A stretch of DNA of 63,928 nt, filler included, from Atractiella rhizophila (GCA_021432655.1; 3 parts of 3 records of this genome joined end to end with filler, not necessarily neighbours in it), one strand, 5' to 3'; shown: positions 12,501 through 25,564, numbered from the whole stretch's first letter. Made by a program: numbers and translations. Notes: a model not told the origin generated them from the sequence alone.

Positions 12501-13309
12501 CCTCGACGGCTACCAATGTAGGGTTGTTGGCGCTAAGCTGAATGTAGCCGGTGGAATCTTCGTTCATGGGAGGAAAGAAAGGAGGACGGGCAGACGTAGC
12601 CCTTGCGGCTTGCCAGACGAAACATGGGGAAGCGGAGCGAGAGGCAGATCCAGCATGATGAATGTCATAGGTGCGCATTTCCGTTGAAACGACAACGCTG
12701 GCTTGATAACTAGAGAGGACGAACGTCCCCGCACCTATCCTGCGGAGAAGGGTCCTTCATAGGAAGAGGCTCCGTGGGATCTTCAAGGGGGGGCGTGTGT
12801 CGCTGGATGATGGAGATCAAAGTCTCTTCGAGCTTCGTCGCCGAGAACAAGTACTCCCTACTGGGATCCGAATCCTCTTCAACAAAGCCATCCCGCACGA
12901 TCTCTTCGTACGCTGCAATGCACTGACGAACTGTCATCCCCAGCCTGCCGAGCATAAGTGCGATCCACCCGCCAGTCGAAGTCCCACAAATGAGATCGAA
13001 GACATCGCAAGGTCGAAGCTCTTCGTCTTCTGGGACTTTGAGAAGATATGCGGCCTGACGCATGATGGGTTCGAGCATGTAAGGAGCTGAGAAAGTACCG
13101 ACGCCTCCGTTGTCGATAGAAAGGATCCGTAGTCCGAGCGGATTCGTTTTCTTAATATTCTCAGGAATTTTGAACACTTTGACGGAATTTGCGGACATGA
13201 AGGGCAAAGTGTAGGATTGCAGTATGAATCTCCAAAAACAGCGATTGGAATCGTGGTTATAGGTAGAAGAAGGAACTGCCTGAGGCCGGTACAATCTAGT
13301 CACTTCCAT
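9517..13309 (-). CDS. Fungal NLR copy 2: patatin + STAND + 6 conserved TPR units + probable tail-anchor exon; spans a gap and carries 1-nt indels
   Basis: Patatin ORFs 13309-12710 and 12678-12346; the NTPase core is in the gap 11456-12261; the helical/TPR part runs 11360-9648. Single-base indels in homopolymers near 12728, 12350, 11361 and 9655 may be sequencing errors or real lesions. Confidence 0.8.
9965..10710 (-). repeat. 120-bp (40-aa) TPR tandem array of NLR copy 2, 6 units
   Basis: The unit ALxRFEEAKELYQVVEDRLGQAHCIRSIGEIEQHRGQMEE is visible as near-identical alternating 60-base lines. Confidence 0.95.
11456..12261. other. Assembly gap inside NLR copy 2
   Basis: Run of N; the flanks match 22946 and 23832 of copy 3. 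Confidence 0.99.
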
Positions 13310-16300
13310 TAGCCTTGCTTCTATACATTCCTTGCATACAACATAAATGAATCCAGCTTTGTGCCATTGTCCTCGAGTTAATATTTAAGAGAGCAGATGA
13401 TCGCAACCTCGCCAAACGTAGTGCTTTGCTGCTCTGTTCGTTGCCTCTGTGCCATCACATATGACACTGTACCTTTCTCTGCGCCGCACGTGGAAGCTCT
13501 TTCCCTTGTTGAATGAATTAAGTCTTGTAAGTCTTTTTGGAACTCTGCCAGCGTACGTGCGCTTTGGAAGCGACGAGATGAAGAAAGCCAAATCGTGAAT
13601 GCTTCTTCTGTATCCTTTAAAGAGCAGATTAAGGACAACGGTGAAGCCATATCGATATCATTTCTGCGTTTTTCCTGCTGCGAAGCGAGCAAATACTCAC
13701 CTCTGAAAGAGAATTTACGAAATCACGCTTCAGCTCTCTCCAGCTCAGATGCAATGGTCGCTGAATGTTGCAATGTCCCAAATAACTCTTTTCCAATTTT
13801 TCCAGACTCCTTGCGCTAGCCTTGGACTTTCTCGCTAAAGATTCAACACTTTCATCGCCGTTTCTGCGCTCAACAACTGACCCTAACTCACTGAGACGCG
13901 TGACGCGTGAACCCTACTTCTTGGTTCGCCTCGCCTTCTTCCACGACGACGAATCCTCTGAGGAACTCCAGTTTGCCAACCCTGCATCTTCCCGCCGCCA
14001 CTGCTCTTTCGCTATTAAGTTCCTGATTCCTCCCTGCTCGAAATCGAATCGCTCGCACGCCTGATCTCCCGTGTTCAAGTTCCCTCCATCAGGCGATAGG
14101 ATCGAGAGTTACTCGTACTTATGCTTTGAGGCACTTCGGGTTGGATGAGGTGAGGCGCTGGTCGATCTCTTGGGTTGATAGAAATATTGGAGACAAAAGG
14201 AGAAGAGTGTCCTCGAGACGGTAGGCGTCAAGGATAGCGTCTACATTAGGTTTGGATCACGGTCATTTTTAGTTGCATCATCACCCCTTGGCAATTGAAA
14301 ACATATAGAAAGATCAATTAAGACCAGGAGGGGACACAGCGTCAATCAGCACAACTTGTTACATCCTAAGAAGAGTTGAGCGTGTACCTCCAATTGAGCT
14401 ACACTTTCCCATTTCAAGCAGCCGACAACTGAAACAACTTCTCTGCCGCTCGGTTCCCTTCAACCCCTCTATCAATCCCCCTCTCCACCCATCTTCGAGC
14501 ACATAACATCTAACTGGTATCCCTCCCTCCTGACGCCGATTCTTTAAGGGAAAGGAGCGGGGACTCGCAGAGGTGAGTGGCAAGCTGATTTGGGGCTAAG
14601 CCACGCTCAATGTTGGAAACTTGAGAGGGGGCTGATTCACGGGGAATAGGACTGACCACGTGGCGAATGCTCGCTCGAGGAGGACGTCGATTCCTGCTAA
14701 AGTGGCGAGAGCTACGAATCTAGCGCAGCAACTGAGCGAAAGCGTACATCCCGAGAAGCCAGCTACGTGGGTAGGATATTACGCTAGGAAGCTCAACGTA
14801 ATTCCTGGTATACGGAGGTTAGGATGGCAGAAGTACTAGAGGATTTGCCCATACGGGCCCCGGGAATAGTGTATTTGAGACATTTGAACTCTGCTACCCG
14901 ATACTACGCCATCTTTGGCCCGTGCTAGGCAGAGCTCAGGAAAGGTTCAATGGGTAGACTTGAGAAATGCCTTTCTTACCAGAGAGAGGAGATATGAGAC
15001 GACCACTGATGGTCTTTCGAGGCGCTCAGGACTAGCGAAAGCGATGAGACCCGTGAGTTTCAAGAGGTCTAGCTCTAGCTCTATCTCTGTCCCGTGGCTC
15101 TGCCAAGCAGAATTGCAACTTAAGTTTTGGATGCGTGGTTGTGCTAGCTGTACGCATCGCCCACTGTTGCCAACGTTTCCTTCGATCAAAAACTCGAGAG
15201 AGCAGGAACGCGGCAGTGTTCTCTTTTGCTTTAGGCCCGGTGATCTTGGGTGGGCAGACTGCAGATAAACATGTGGAAGAGCCTAACTGGAGGAATGTGG
15301 CTGTTTCGAAGTCGTTTCGTCACCAAAAGTGGTGACGAAGCTTCCTGAATGTAAGCTCCATGTGATCCATGTTTCCTCCGCAAAGCTCGCTACGCCTCGC
15401 CGTTCTTCGTGTAGTACGTGCCAGACCAATTCGAGGGCGTCGTGAAACCTGTCGCACTATGGTAGGGCCGAGAAAGACTGAACGGGATGTCTCTGTGCGA
15501 TGAGGAAGATGACACGGTGTTTGCGGGTGTAGGTGCAAAGGTGCTAGAATATCTACACTGCAAAATAATCAAAGCCGTCAGCGAACGTCACAACAATCGC
15601 TCGTTCAATCTAGGTACCATTCACGCGTCTGCTAGAACTGATATCACAGGAATGTTGGCCTTCCTATGCGAATCTGCACTCTCTCGAGTAATACAGGCCG
15701 CCTGCAATCGCAATTAAAATGATGGGAACGTCTGCTCCATCCAATAGTCGAGTGGCTGGAGATCTCTGTTGATCCCCATGCTAAATTGTCAAAGATGAAC
15801 AGGAAGATTGGCAGCGATTCCATCTAAATCGAGCATTAGTGGACTGACTGGTGCATCGTTCAATAGACGCACTTCTCAACAGTATTTTCATCTGCTTCTC
15901 CATCCACATTGTGGACAGTCTGCACCAAGTGTCCATTCCGAAAGGGAAACATGGGCATATTCTGGACATACATCGACCAGACAATGCACCGTCCGATATT
16001 TGTGCCAAATGGCGTGCGCACTGGTCAACAGCACTCCAAACTAAGCAGAGATACATCTATCTTCCTCCTTTTCAGAAGAGGAAAACATGATTTCTTCAAC
16101 GCAACGGAGGCATTTAAGGAACTGTAAAAGTGAGTCTTGCGCTCCATCGCAAAATCTCGCTTCCATAAATCTTTCTACTCAGACGATTTCACTGTTCCTT
16201 GACAGTCACAAACAGCAGTCTACATTATCAAACGACATATAAGACGTTCGGATATTACTTTCAGCCACGTCTGTTATCAACACTACTAGAACAACACGAT

Positions 16301-17341
16301 GCACTTCTCAGTAGTTTTCTAGAGTGCGACGTCTTTCTCTATGTGGACCGACAACAGTGGTTCAACTTTTTGCGTGAATATGATATTCAGCTACTGAGTG
16401 ACATTCCTGAACTCCTCGAACGTCCCTGTCTCGAGAGAACTGATCAAACGTACTCATATGGGGAATCCTGGAAAATGTCTGTTACTCGAAAAATCTGTGA
16501 CAGACTTGCCGCAAAACATAGGAACACTTGAGCTGTAGCAAACGCCCCACCTCCGCGTCACAAATTACAAGACGGTGAAGCAATGTTTCTAGGACCGATT
16601 CTAGCCATAGACGCAATTTGTCTATCTTTGGCCCACCGCTGAACGGATGCCAACTACCAATCATACGAGGAACACATCACTCAAGGTCAAAGGAACCATT
16701 GTTCTCGGTCCAGCACTCCTCCCGTCTCAATGTCATTCAGCTACTGGACCGTTTCCTTTACTCTTTGAGGTTTGGGGAAACCGCGAGAGCACCGCAAGCA
16801 TGATGTAGAAAATATAAAGCCCTCGATCCTGGCTGCTTCAGGACCAAGCTTTTTCTGGTTAGAAAAGGGTACTCAACAGTCTAAAGAAAAAATGCAATTC
16901 TCTACGATTTTCTACAGCGTCATGGCATTCTCCATGATATCCTGCGCTTCGTCTGCCACGGCAGTTGGTAGCGCTGGCCCTATCATTGTTTCCGAAGTAG
17001 AGGTAAGCTCCTGCTTCCATCGACCCATTCAAAACTGATAGCCAAGCCAAGTTTTGGACTAATTGGGCCACTGGAAACTTGACCATTGACACTGCTTGTA
17101 AGTCCAACTTCGACTGCCTCAACCTTGACTGAAATATCTCCACAGGTTGCGGAGCGTGTTCCGTGGTAAGCATTTTTCATAATCTGAGTCGCGGACGCCA
17201 AAACGATCTCTACAGAGTTGCGGTAGATGCTGCTCTTGCGTAACTGCCAATGCACCGGAACTTGTTAAGAAATCTCGGAGAAATGATATGGAATGCTTCT
17301 TTCAAATTGGAGATTTAGCGTGCCTTGTGTTCTTTCATCGT

Positions 17342-19173
17342 TCAATGTACAACGATAGCTAGGTTTCTTGCACTACCGCTTTCCTCCTGATCAAACAGAT
17401 TCCACAATTCCAGCCTAAGCTCCTTACCCGCATTCTTGTCTACACCCAGTCGCTCTTGCAACAGCAAAGCAAGCCCAGTGAATCTCTCCAACACAATATG
17501 GCTCTCCAGCTGGTCCGAGAAGACATCTGAGTGTCCAAAAGAACATGAACGTCTTCTCGAATCCTTCCCATTCTCCTAGAGGTTCAAGTGGTGCAACGTC
17601 ATTCTGGTTGAGATGCATCTTCTTCAACGCTTTCGAGCGAAAGGTCTCGTATGAAAGAAAACCGGAGTCTGCTAGTCTACCGACCTTGTTCTCAGAAGGA
17701 GAAGGACCCTCAGATGCGTCGAGCTCTACTTGAAGACGTGCTCGATAGACAAGTTTGCGCATAGATAGTTTGGCGGATTCCCAGGTTGACGCTGAAGTCG
17801 ACCACAGGATGGGACATTGAGTGGCGAGAACAAGGTGGTTGTGAGTGAAAGTAGGAGAAATGTTGGATAGATGAAATGGGAAGTCTTGAACAACACATAT
17901 GAGACTATTCTACAACAGATCTGACCCGAAAGACACCCACTGGAAGAGGAAGTAAGATTGTAGCAACACCCAATCGCGATCAAGACATCTTGACGTTCCG
18001 CACTCCCCCAGCTAACGAAAGCGCGCAATGTGTCGACAGTAAGATCTCCACAGGCGTGCAAAGCACAAACTAGCTTTCCCTCATCCTTGTCCGCACGTCC
18101 TTCTTGCAGAATTTTTCTCATGCCATTCTCATCCAACACTTCCGTTTTCAACGTCAACATCCCTCTCTTATGTTCCTCTTCCTCCTTTTTCTTATACTTC
18201 AAACGGTTTGAAACTAACTTCACTGCTCCAGTGACTTGAGAGGAGCTGCCCTCGTTCCCACAAACATCACGAAGCAGTGGCTCTCTGGTCAACGCAGCGG
18301 AAAGGTGTGCTCGTCCGGCTCCAATATCAATTGCGCTCTTAATCTGTGGTTCATTGGACAGGAGCGTTTGGGCAAGTGCGATGAAGCGATCGACCTCATG
18401 CGCTTTCTTCGGAGACATGCCATGAGACAATCCGGTAGGAAACGTTTGCAGATGCTAGAGATGGCGTGTGAAGATGAAGCCGCTCTAATTCCTTTGCAAT
18501 CGATTTCCCAGCTGAGAAGGGGTTTGCCGCTTGGCTTCCGAGGAAGAGAGAATTCACGACGACGGTTTCAGTGAAACGGGAGCGTCTGGCTAGGCGGCAT
18601 TTCAGCCAATATCTCTTGAAATGAAGATTAAGATTGCAAATAAATGTATGTGACAAGTTGAGAAGGGAATCTCCGGGAGCAGGGAAAGCCAATTCCTACA
18701 TGCCCATTGACGTTGTAGGGTTGGGACAAAGCCACCGCGTTGAATATTGGTCTAAGCCATTTAATAGCGAGTAGGAGAATGTCCAAGACGGTGCTCTGCC
18801 ATTGGTAAATAGACCCAAAATATCATCAAAGCGATTCGAGATGACAGGGATGTCCAATGAAGTACGACTTCTCTCAATTTCTTCTCAAGAGAGGAAACAC
18901 ACCTTCACCACCCCCTTGACTCAGATTTTTGAACGTGGATTCCACAACACTCCTTGCGAGAATTCCGTCGTACCATCCCTCCCATTCGCTTGGGACCATT
19001 TCTGCTGCTTTGTTCACATCGAAAGTACCTGGATTGATAGGGGACTGTCTGGAAAAAGAATTGCTGGATGAGGAGCAGAGCCGAGTGATGGTGGAATCGT
19101 GAAGGAAACTCGAGGTTTCTGCAAGTGAAAAGGCAGCGGTGGGAACATTATCGACATTCTCCGACGAGGTCAA
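17342..19173 (-). pseudogene. METTL25/RRNAD1-like methyltransferase, frameshifted copy B
   Basis: MSPKKAHEVDRF, IDIGAGRAHL, ALHACGDL, IGCCYNL and FFWTLRCLLGP, followed by a 2-nt deletion near 17508 relative to copy A. Confidence 0.8.
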
Positions 19174-20167
19174 ATTGAAACTTGAACAAAAGATCCTAGC
19201 TGCTGTGCTGAGTCATGCCCTCCCCACTGAACACGGTTCTTTGCTTCGCTCCATTTCCTCCGTTGCAACTCGGCGAGAGGTTGCGGCATCGACCACTGCA
19301 TCCGCTCACAACGCAACGTATCCAAACCTCCAAACACTCCTTCCTCCGACAAACGCTCTTGCCTGCGCCTCCAACCCGTGCACTCGGACTATCAGCCACC
19401 ATCGGTCCCGTCACCACTCCATCGTCCATCTCCTCCCATCTTCAACTTGTCGCATCCTCTCCAATCACGACTGTCAACTTGAGCAACATGTAGTCAGTTA
19501 CGATGCGAACAACGAACTCGCTAAAAACGACTGGTTGAAGAGAGGACGGATGGGGAGGGAGAGCGAGCGGTGTATGTGTCGCCTTTCGACCACAAGGTTA
19601 TCACACAGGGAAATACCAGTCTGGTTTGGGAAATCAAAGACCAAATGGGAAGAGGGCTTCAAGCGGCATAGAATACATGTCTGTATCGGGGGTGGTGGAT
19701 TGCGTGGAGGTGTGCTGATGGGACATGAAGAAGTACGCTGGGGTCACGGTGCGTTTCCATTTCTTATTCTCCTCAGTGCAAAGATCTACGGCTGATGGGT
19801 TCAACAAAATGGAACAGTACCAGTCGCTGTTGTCGAAACGATCGGAGCGGCTTTCCTCCACGCCACAGTTCGCCGACTACGAAGCTCGTGTTATTGGAAG
19901 CAATAGATATGCAAGGATCTGCCGAAGGATAGAGCACCGGCGTTTGTCGTTGTTGTTTGTGGGACGCAGATAGGTATTGATGGCGAAGTTGATGGAGTGG
20001 AAGAAATTGTTTGAAGGTGTTTCTTTGGGAGAGATTAAGGTCTTTCGTGGCTGGACTGGTGAAGACGTCCTTTCACATCAACAAACTTGATTCCACCCAA
20101 TCTGATTTCACGGCACCGTTGCGTCCCATTGGGACTTCCGGATATCAAGACATCGTGTCGATATAAA

Positions 20168-23100
20168 TCAATACGTCCTCCATTTCTCTATGTCAAATGA
20201 CAACACTATGCAAAATGTTACAATCCTGCCAAGGATATCAGTGTGCACAAGACATTGAGTGAAGGGAAAGTACCATAACCATTTCCACCAAAGTCTCGTT
20301 TCCGCTTGCCCAATCATCTGAAGCAGATTGTCACAATCATCTACATCGGAAGTGGCAAAACAATCCGCATAAAGCTGACGGGCACGACCGACTTCCTCTC
20401 GCGCGACGGGGTATTGGGATGATTGCAAGAGGAGTTTAGCTAGGTTGTCTCTGCTCCGAGCCTCACAATAGCCGCCAGCTGCTTTGCTCAAATTGACTGC
20501 TTCCTCTAGCACCCTGATTGCTTTGAAGGTACCCCGGGACTTGGCGTCTCCAGTGTAAACCTCACTTATATTGAAAAGACAATTAAGTTGCGCTCCTAGG
20601 TCTCGCTCCAGCAGGTACAGCGCCTTTGCCTCCTCGAAACGGGACAGAGCTTTATCCGTCTGACCCCGATGCAGCTCGACCTTCCCGATGCTGCGAGTGC
20701 AGTTGGCTTGCCCATGCCGATCTTCTACCACCTCGTACAGCTCCTTCGCCTCCTCAAAATGTCTCAGCGCTTCCTCCATCTGACCACGATGCTGCTCGAT
20801 CTGCCCCAACATGGAGAATGCAGTGGGCTTGCCCCAGCCGATGTTCTACCACCTCGTACACCTCCTTCGCCTCCTCGAAATGTCTCAGCGCTTCCTCCAA
20901 CCAGCCCCAATGCTGCTCGATCTGCCCCACACTGTGAATGCAGTGGGCTTGCCCTAGCCGATTTTCTACCACCTAGTACAGCTCTTTCGCCTCTTCAAAA
21001 TGTCTCAGCGCTGCATCCATCTGACCTCGACGCTTCTCAATAATCCCGATGCTGCGAATGCAGTGGGCCTGCCCCTGCCGATCTTCCACCGCCTGGTAGA
21101 GCTCCTTCGCCTCCTTGAAAAGTCTGAGCGCTTCCTCCATCCGACGCCGACGATGCTTGATCTTCCCGATGCTGCGAATGCAGTGGGCTTGCCCCAGCCG
21201 ATCTTCTACCACCTGGTACAGCTCCTTCGCCTTTTCAAAATGTCTCAGCACTGCATCCATCTGACCTCGACGCTGATCAATAATCCCGATGCTGCGAATG
21301 CAGTGGGCATGCCCTAGCCGATTTTCTACCACCTGGTACAGCTCTTTCGCCTCTTCAAAATGTCTCAGCGCTTCATCCATCTGACCTCGACGCTGCTCAA
21401 TAATCCCGATGCTGCGAATGCAGTGGGCCTGCCCCTGCCGATCTTCCACCGCCTGGTAGAGCTCCTTCGCCTCCTTGAAAAGTCTGAGCGCTTCCTCCAT
21501 CCGACGCCGACGACGCTTGATCTTCCCGATGCTGCGAATGCAGTGGGCTTGCCCCAGCCGATCTTCTACCACCTGGTACAGCTCCTTCGCCTTTTCAAAA
21601 TGTCTCAGCGCTGCATCCATCTGACCTCGACGCTGATCAATAATCCCGATGCTGCGAATGCAGTGGGCCTGCCCCTGCCGATCTTCCACCAACTGGTACA
21701 ACTCCTTCGCCTCCTTGAAACATTTCAGTGCTTCATCCCTCTGACCACGACACCGGTCGATCTCCCCGATGCTACAAATGCAGTGGCTTGCCCCTGCCGA
21801 TCTTCTACCACCTGATACAGCTCCTTCGCCTCCTCGAAACAGCTCATCGCTTCATCCATCCGACCACGATGCCACTCGATCTCCCCGATGCTGAGAATAC
21901 AGTGAGCTTGCCCCTGCCGATCTTCTATAACCTGGTACACCTCCTTAGCCTCCTCGAAACGTCTCAGTGCTTCATCCATCTGACCCCGATGCTGCTTGAT
22001 TTCCCCGATGCTGTGAATGCAGTAGGCTTGCCCCTGCCGATCTTCTACTACCTGATACAGCTCCTTCGCCTCCTCGAAACAGCTCATTGCTTCATCCATC
22101 TGCCCATGTTCTTGAATGATTTTCCCCACATTGCAAATGCAGTCAGCTTGCCCCTGCCAATCTTCCACTGACAGATACAGCTCCTTCGCCTCTTCAAAGT
22201 GTATCAATGCTGCTTGAGGGGTTCCCTGCATGTAAAATGCAAGACCCATTGCCTTTGTCAAATCGGCTGTGCAGTTCATGCAAAAACTATCACCTTTTGT
22301 GGTTGACACGGCATGCTGCAATAGTTTGATTGAGAGAAGGCGCTGGAGATACTGAAAGTGCCAGATTTCTGCAAGGAAACAGGCCAACGATGTCGAATCT
22401 TGCAGATCTTCAAAACCAGCCAGAAGCACATATTCAAGGTTTCGATGGTCGTTGCGGAAATACAACAACCCTATCCGTTCACCGTCTACTTCGAATCGTT
22501 GCCTATTTTCCCAAGCTTTATCCATGAGACGTTCCGTTAGGGGTTTAAGGGATGGTACAGTGGCTTTAAAAGGCAGATTACATTGACGGACTAAGTGGTT
22601 GATGTATTCGCGAATCGGTGAAAGCATGCGTAGTCGTATCACGTTTGACAAGGCATCCTCCATGTTTTCGGCGAGTCCGGTGGACAAAATCGAGGTAAGG
22701 ACCACGTAAGACTGCTCCAAATCAGGCAGACGGGACTTCTCCGCAATTGCCACAATGTCATTGTCCAAAAGTCCGTCAGGTGTCCAGGATAGAATGGCAA
22801 GTATAAACATGCTTAGATCCTGGTGTATTTCAAGGAGAGGCGAACTGAGTGAAAATGCAATCGACCTTGCAAGAGTTGGAGTCTCCTCGCTGTCCTTGTT
22901 CCACAGTGTCATGGTCTTCTTTACCTCCCACTCCTCTAACAGAGTGGAAATACGTTTCGTTGACTCTGCGTTGGCACGAAGAACGAAGAGCTTGATTGAC
23001 AAAGTGTGGTGATCCAGCTTGGCGAAATAGGCCTTGAGTACCTGTTGCTCACAATCCTGTTTTCCCGTGTACAGGTGGTTGAACAGCTCCAACAAGGCTG

Positions 23101-24879
23101 TATCGCTTAGGCCGCGAATCTTCAGCTCTCGAAACTGCATGTCTGTGACGTTCACTCGATAGATCTGATGTCCCCGATGTGCCACAATGAGAACGGACCC
23201 CAAGGCACTCTTGGAAGAAAGAAAGGCTTGAAAGAATGACTGTAGGTGCTCCGTGTCACGCTCTGCCGTGGTTTCAAAATTGTCCAGGATGAGGAGACAT
23301 TTGTGACTATGGAAATATCGCGCAACAGTACCGAGTTCACTTTCGCCAGGTCGAGGGGCTATTGCGAAGACCTGTCTGCAAAGCGCTCTGGCGAGTGATG
23401 AAAATGTAAAGAAAGCGTCGCATCGAGCCCAGAACCGAAAGTCTTCCTCCTCACCACTCGCAATGGTCGTGAATGCATGTTTGACTTCCTTCGCATGCAA
23501 GACTTGTCGGGCCACAGTAGATTTCCCATTGCCAGCGCCACCAATGATCGCAAGGTGTTGTTTGTCGGTGACGCTGCATTTGATTGCAGTCTCAACTTCT
23601 TCATCTCTTCCATAACAATCTCCTGTATGAGGCAACGGAAGCTTCCTGTGCACAGCAATGCGTTGTTTACAGCCTAGCCAGGGGCGAGTCAGCATGGGCT
23701 TGCTGCCGTTAATCACGCAACATGGAGAATACCTTTCACAAGCAATCTCGTTGCAGAGGACACTTCATGATGCATTGCCTCCATGTAAGCCTTCGCGCAG
23801 CCTACAACATTGTTCTTCCGCTCCCATTCCTCCCACCTGAAGTCTCCGAATGTATCCACCGAGAAACGATGATAGCAATGACCCATCTCACGGTCCTGCA
23901 TCTTCACCTTCACATCATTCGAAACATTCGAGCAATCCGCGACTATGTCTCTCAGCGCTTCCTGTATATCGTCCCCAGTGCGACCCACCGTGACAGCCCG
24001 TGCAACTCCTGGACCGAGAGACATAAGACAGGCAATCTCACTGCTGGGTCCCCAAATTCGATTGGCTTCGTCGATGGCTACCGATGTAGGGTTGTTGGTG
24101 CTAAGCTGAACGTAGCCGGTGGAATCTTCGTTCATGGGAGGAAAGAACGGAGGACGGGCAGACGTAGCCCTTGCGGCCTGCCAGACGAAATATGGGGAAG
24201 CCGGTCGAGAGGCAGATCCAGCATGATGAATGTCGTAGGTGCGCATCTCCGTGGAAACGACAACGCTGGCTTGATAGCTAGAGAGGACGAACGTCCTGCA
24301 CCTATCCTGCAGAGATGGGTCCTTCATAGGAACGGGCTTTGTGGGATCTTCTGCGGGGGGGGTGTGTCGCTGGATGATAGAGATCAAAGTCTCTTCGAGT
24401 TTCTTCGCCGAGAACGAGTACTCGCCAGTGGAGTCCGAATCCTCTTCAACAAAGCCGTCTCGCGCGATCTCTTCGTACGCTGTAATGCACTGACGTACTG
24501 TCATCCCCAGCCTCCCGAGCATAAGTGCGATCCACCCGCCAGTAGACGTCCCACAAATAAGATCAAAGACATCGCAAGGTCGAAGTTCTTCGTCCTCAGG
24601 GACGTTGAGAAGATGTGCGGCTTGACGCATGATGGGTTCGAGCATGTAAGGAGCTGAGAAAGTACCGACGCCTCCATTGTCGATAGAAAGGACCCGTAGT
24701 CCGAGCGGGTTAGTTTTCTTCATATTCTCAGGGACTTTGAACACCTTGACGGAATTGGCGAACATGACGGGCAAAGTGTTGGATTGCAGGATGAATGTCC
24801 AATAACAGCGATTGGTATCGTGGTTATAGGTGAAGGAGGAAAGAACTGCCTGAGACTGGTGCAATCTAGTCATTTCCAT
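20168..24879 (-). pseudogene. Fungal NLR copy 3: patatin + STAND + 13 TPR units + C-terminal hydrophobic tail; TPR array disrupted
   Basis: Exon 24879-23733, then a 59-nt intron 23732-23674 (GTATTC..GCTGAC..CTAG, phase 1), then the exon with GGAGNGKST and LLILDNFET. Lesions: -1 near 21785, CAG>TAG at 20975-20973 and +1 near 20810. A truncated 3-repeat protein could still be made. Confidence 0.85.
20620..22200 (-). repeat. 120-bp TPR tandem array of NLR copy 3, 13 units, containing a 360-bp higher-order duplication
   Basis: GQAxC motifs occur every 120 bp from about 22140 to 20700; 20941-21300 is nearly identical to 21301-21660. Confidence 0.93.
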
Positions 24880-25099
24880 TAGCCTTACTTCTATGCGTTC
24901 TTTGCATATAACTTAATTGAATTCAGCTTTGTGACATTGTCCTCGAGTTAATATTCAAGAAAGCAATTGATCGCAACCTCGCCAAACGTACTGCTTTGCT
25001 GCTCTGTTCGTTCCCTTTGTGCCGTCAAAACTGGCACTGTACCTTTCTCCGAGCTGCACGGAGAAGCTTTTTCCCTTTGTTGAATTAAGTCTTGTAACT

Positions 25100-25464
25100 T
25101 GTTGAAGTTATTACGTTTTTGACTTTTACTTTCTTTCTGCCCTTTTGAGCTGGCTATCGCATCTGGTGTCAGTTCCGCCCGCTCCCGTAGTTTAGTCTGT
25201 TTTTCAGCTATCTGAGGTTCATCTTTTCTTCGTTCTGTCACTCTGATGAACCTCAGGTAGGTGACTCCTCACCAACGTTCATGCAATGCTGATCTTTTCT
25301 TCGTTCTGTCACTCTGATGAACCTCAGTTTCAACAGGTTATGAGCCCAATCGTTCCCTACTGATTGAGCACTCCATTGTCCCGCTCAATTCAACACCTTT
25401 CTTCGATCAACAGTCGTAAACACCATCAAACAAACACGACGCGCCGCGCACAACTAAATTGCAC
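25100..25464 (+). mobile_element. Ty1/copia retrotransposon 5' LTR (25100-25335) plus primer-binding site, truncated by a gap
   Basis: TGTTGAA...TTCAACA termini are followed directly by GGTTATGAGCCC (copia-type PBS, 25336-25347). There is an internal 36-bp direct repeat (25221-25256 and 25292-25327). The element starts exactly where unit homology ends. Confidence 0.85.
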
Positions 25465-25564
25465 NNNNNNNNNNNNNNNNNNNNNNNNNNNNNNNNNNNN
25501 NNNNNNNNTTAATTAATTAANNNNNNNNNNNNNNNNNNNNNNNNNNNNNNNNNNNNNNNNNNNN
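25465..25564. other. Scaffolding gap with artificial six-frame-stop linker TTAATTAATTAA
   Basis: N44-TTAATTAATTAA-N44; the same structure occurs at 53125-53224. Confidence 0.95.

Larger units (their letters stand above)
1..25099. repeat. Tandem segmental duplication, three units (about <1-9500, 9500-20150, 20150-25099)
   Basis: Patatin starts recur at 2853, 13309 and 24879. Intervening blocks are collinear and similar (5520-8990 vs 16450-19900; 2850-4370 vs 13310-14870). Unit-3 homology stops at 25099, where an LTR begins. Confidence 0.92.

Noticed and set aside
20620..22200. Regular repeats resembling a CRISPR array
   Set aside because: Contiguous 120-bp coding units with no unique spacers and no cas genes; the same applies to the 17-bp array at 27503.
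23674..23732. Patatin stop overlapping a GTG start (23713-23716), resembling a translationally coupled bacterial two-gene defence operon
   Set aside because: A canonical phase-matched intron with a branch site removes the stop in both copies 1 and 3, giving one eukaryotic gene.
25509..25520. Palindromic TTAATTAATTAA, also at 53169-53180
   Set aside because: It is centred in identical N-runs and is an assembly linker. Adjacency across these gaps is therefore unproven.
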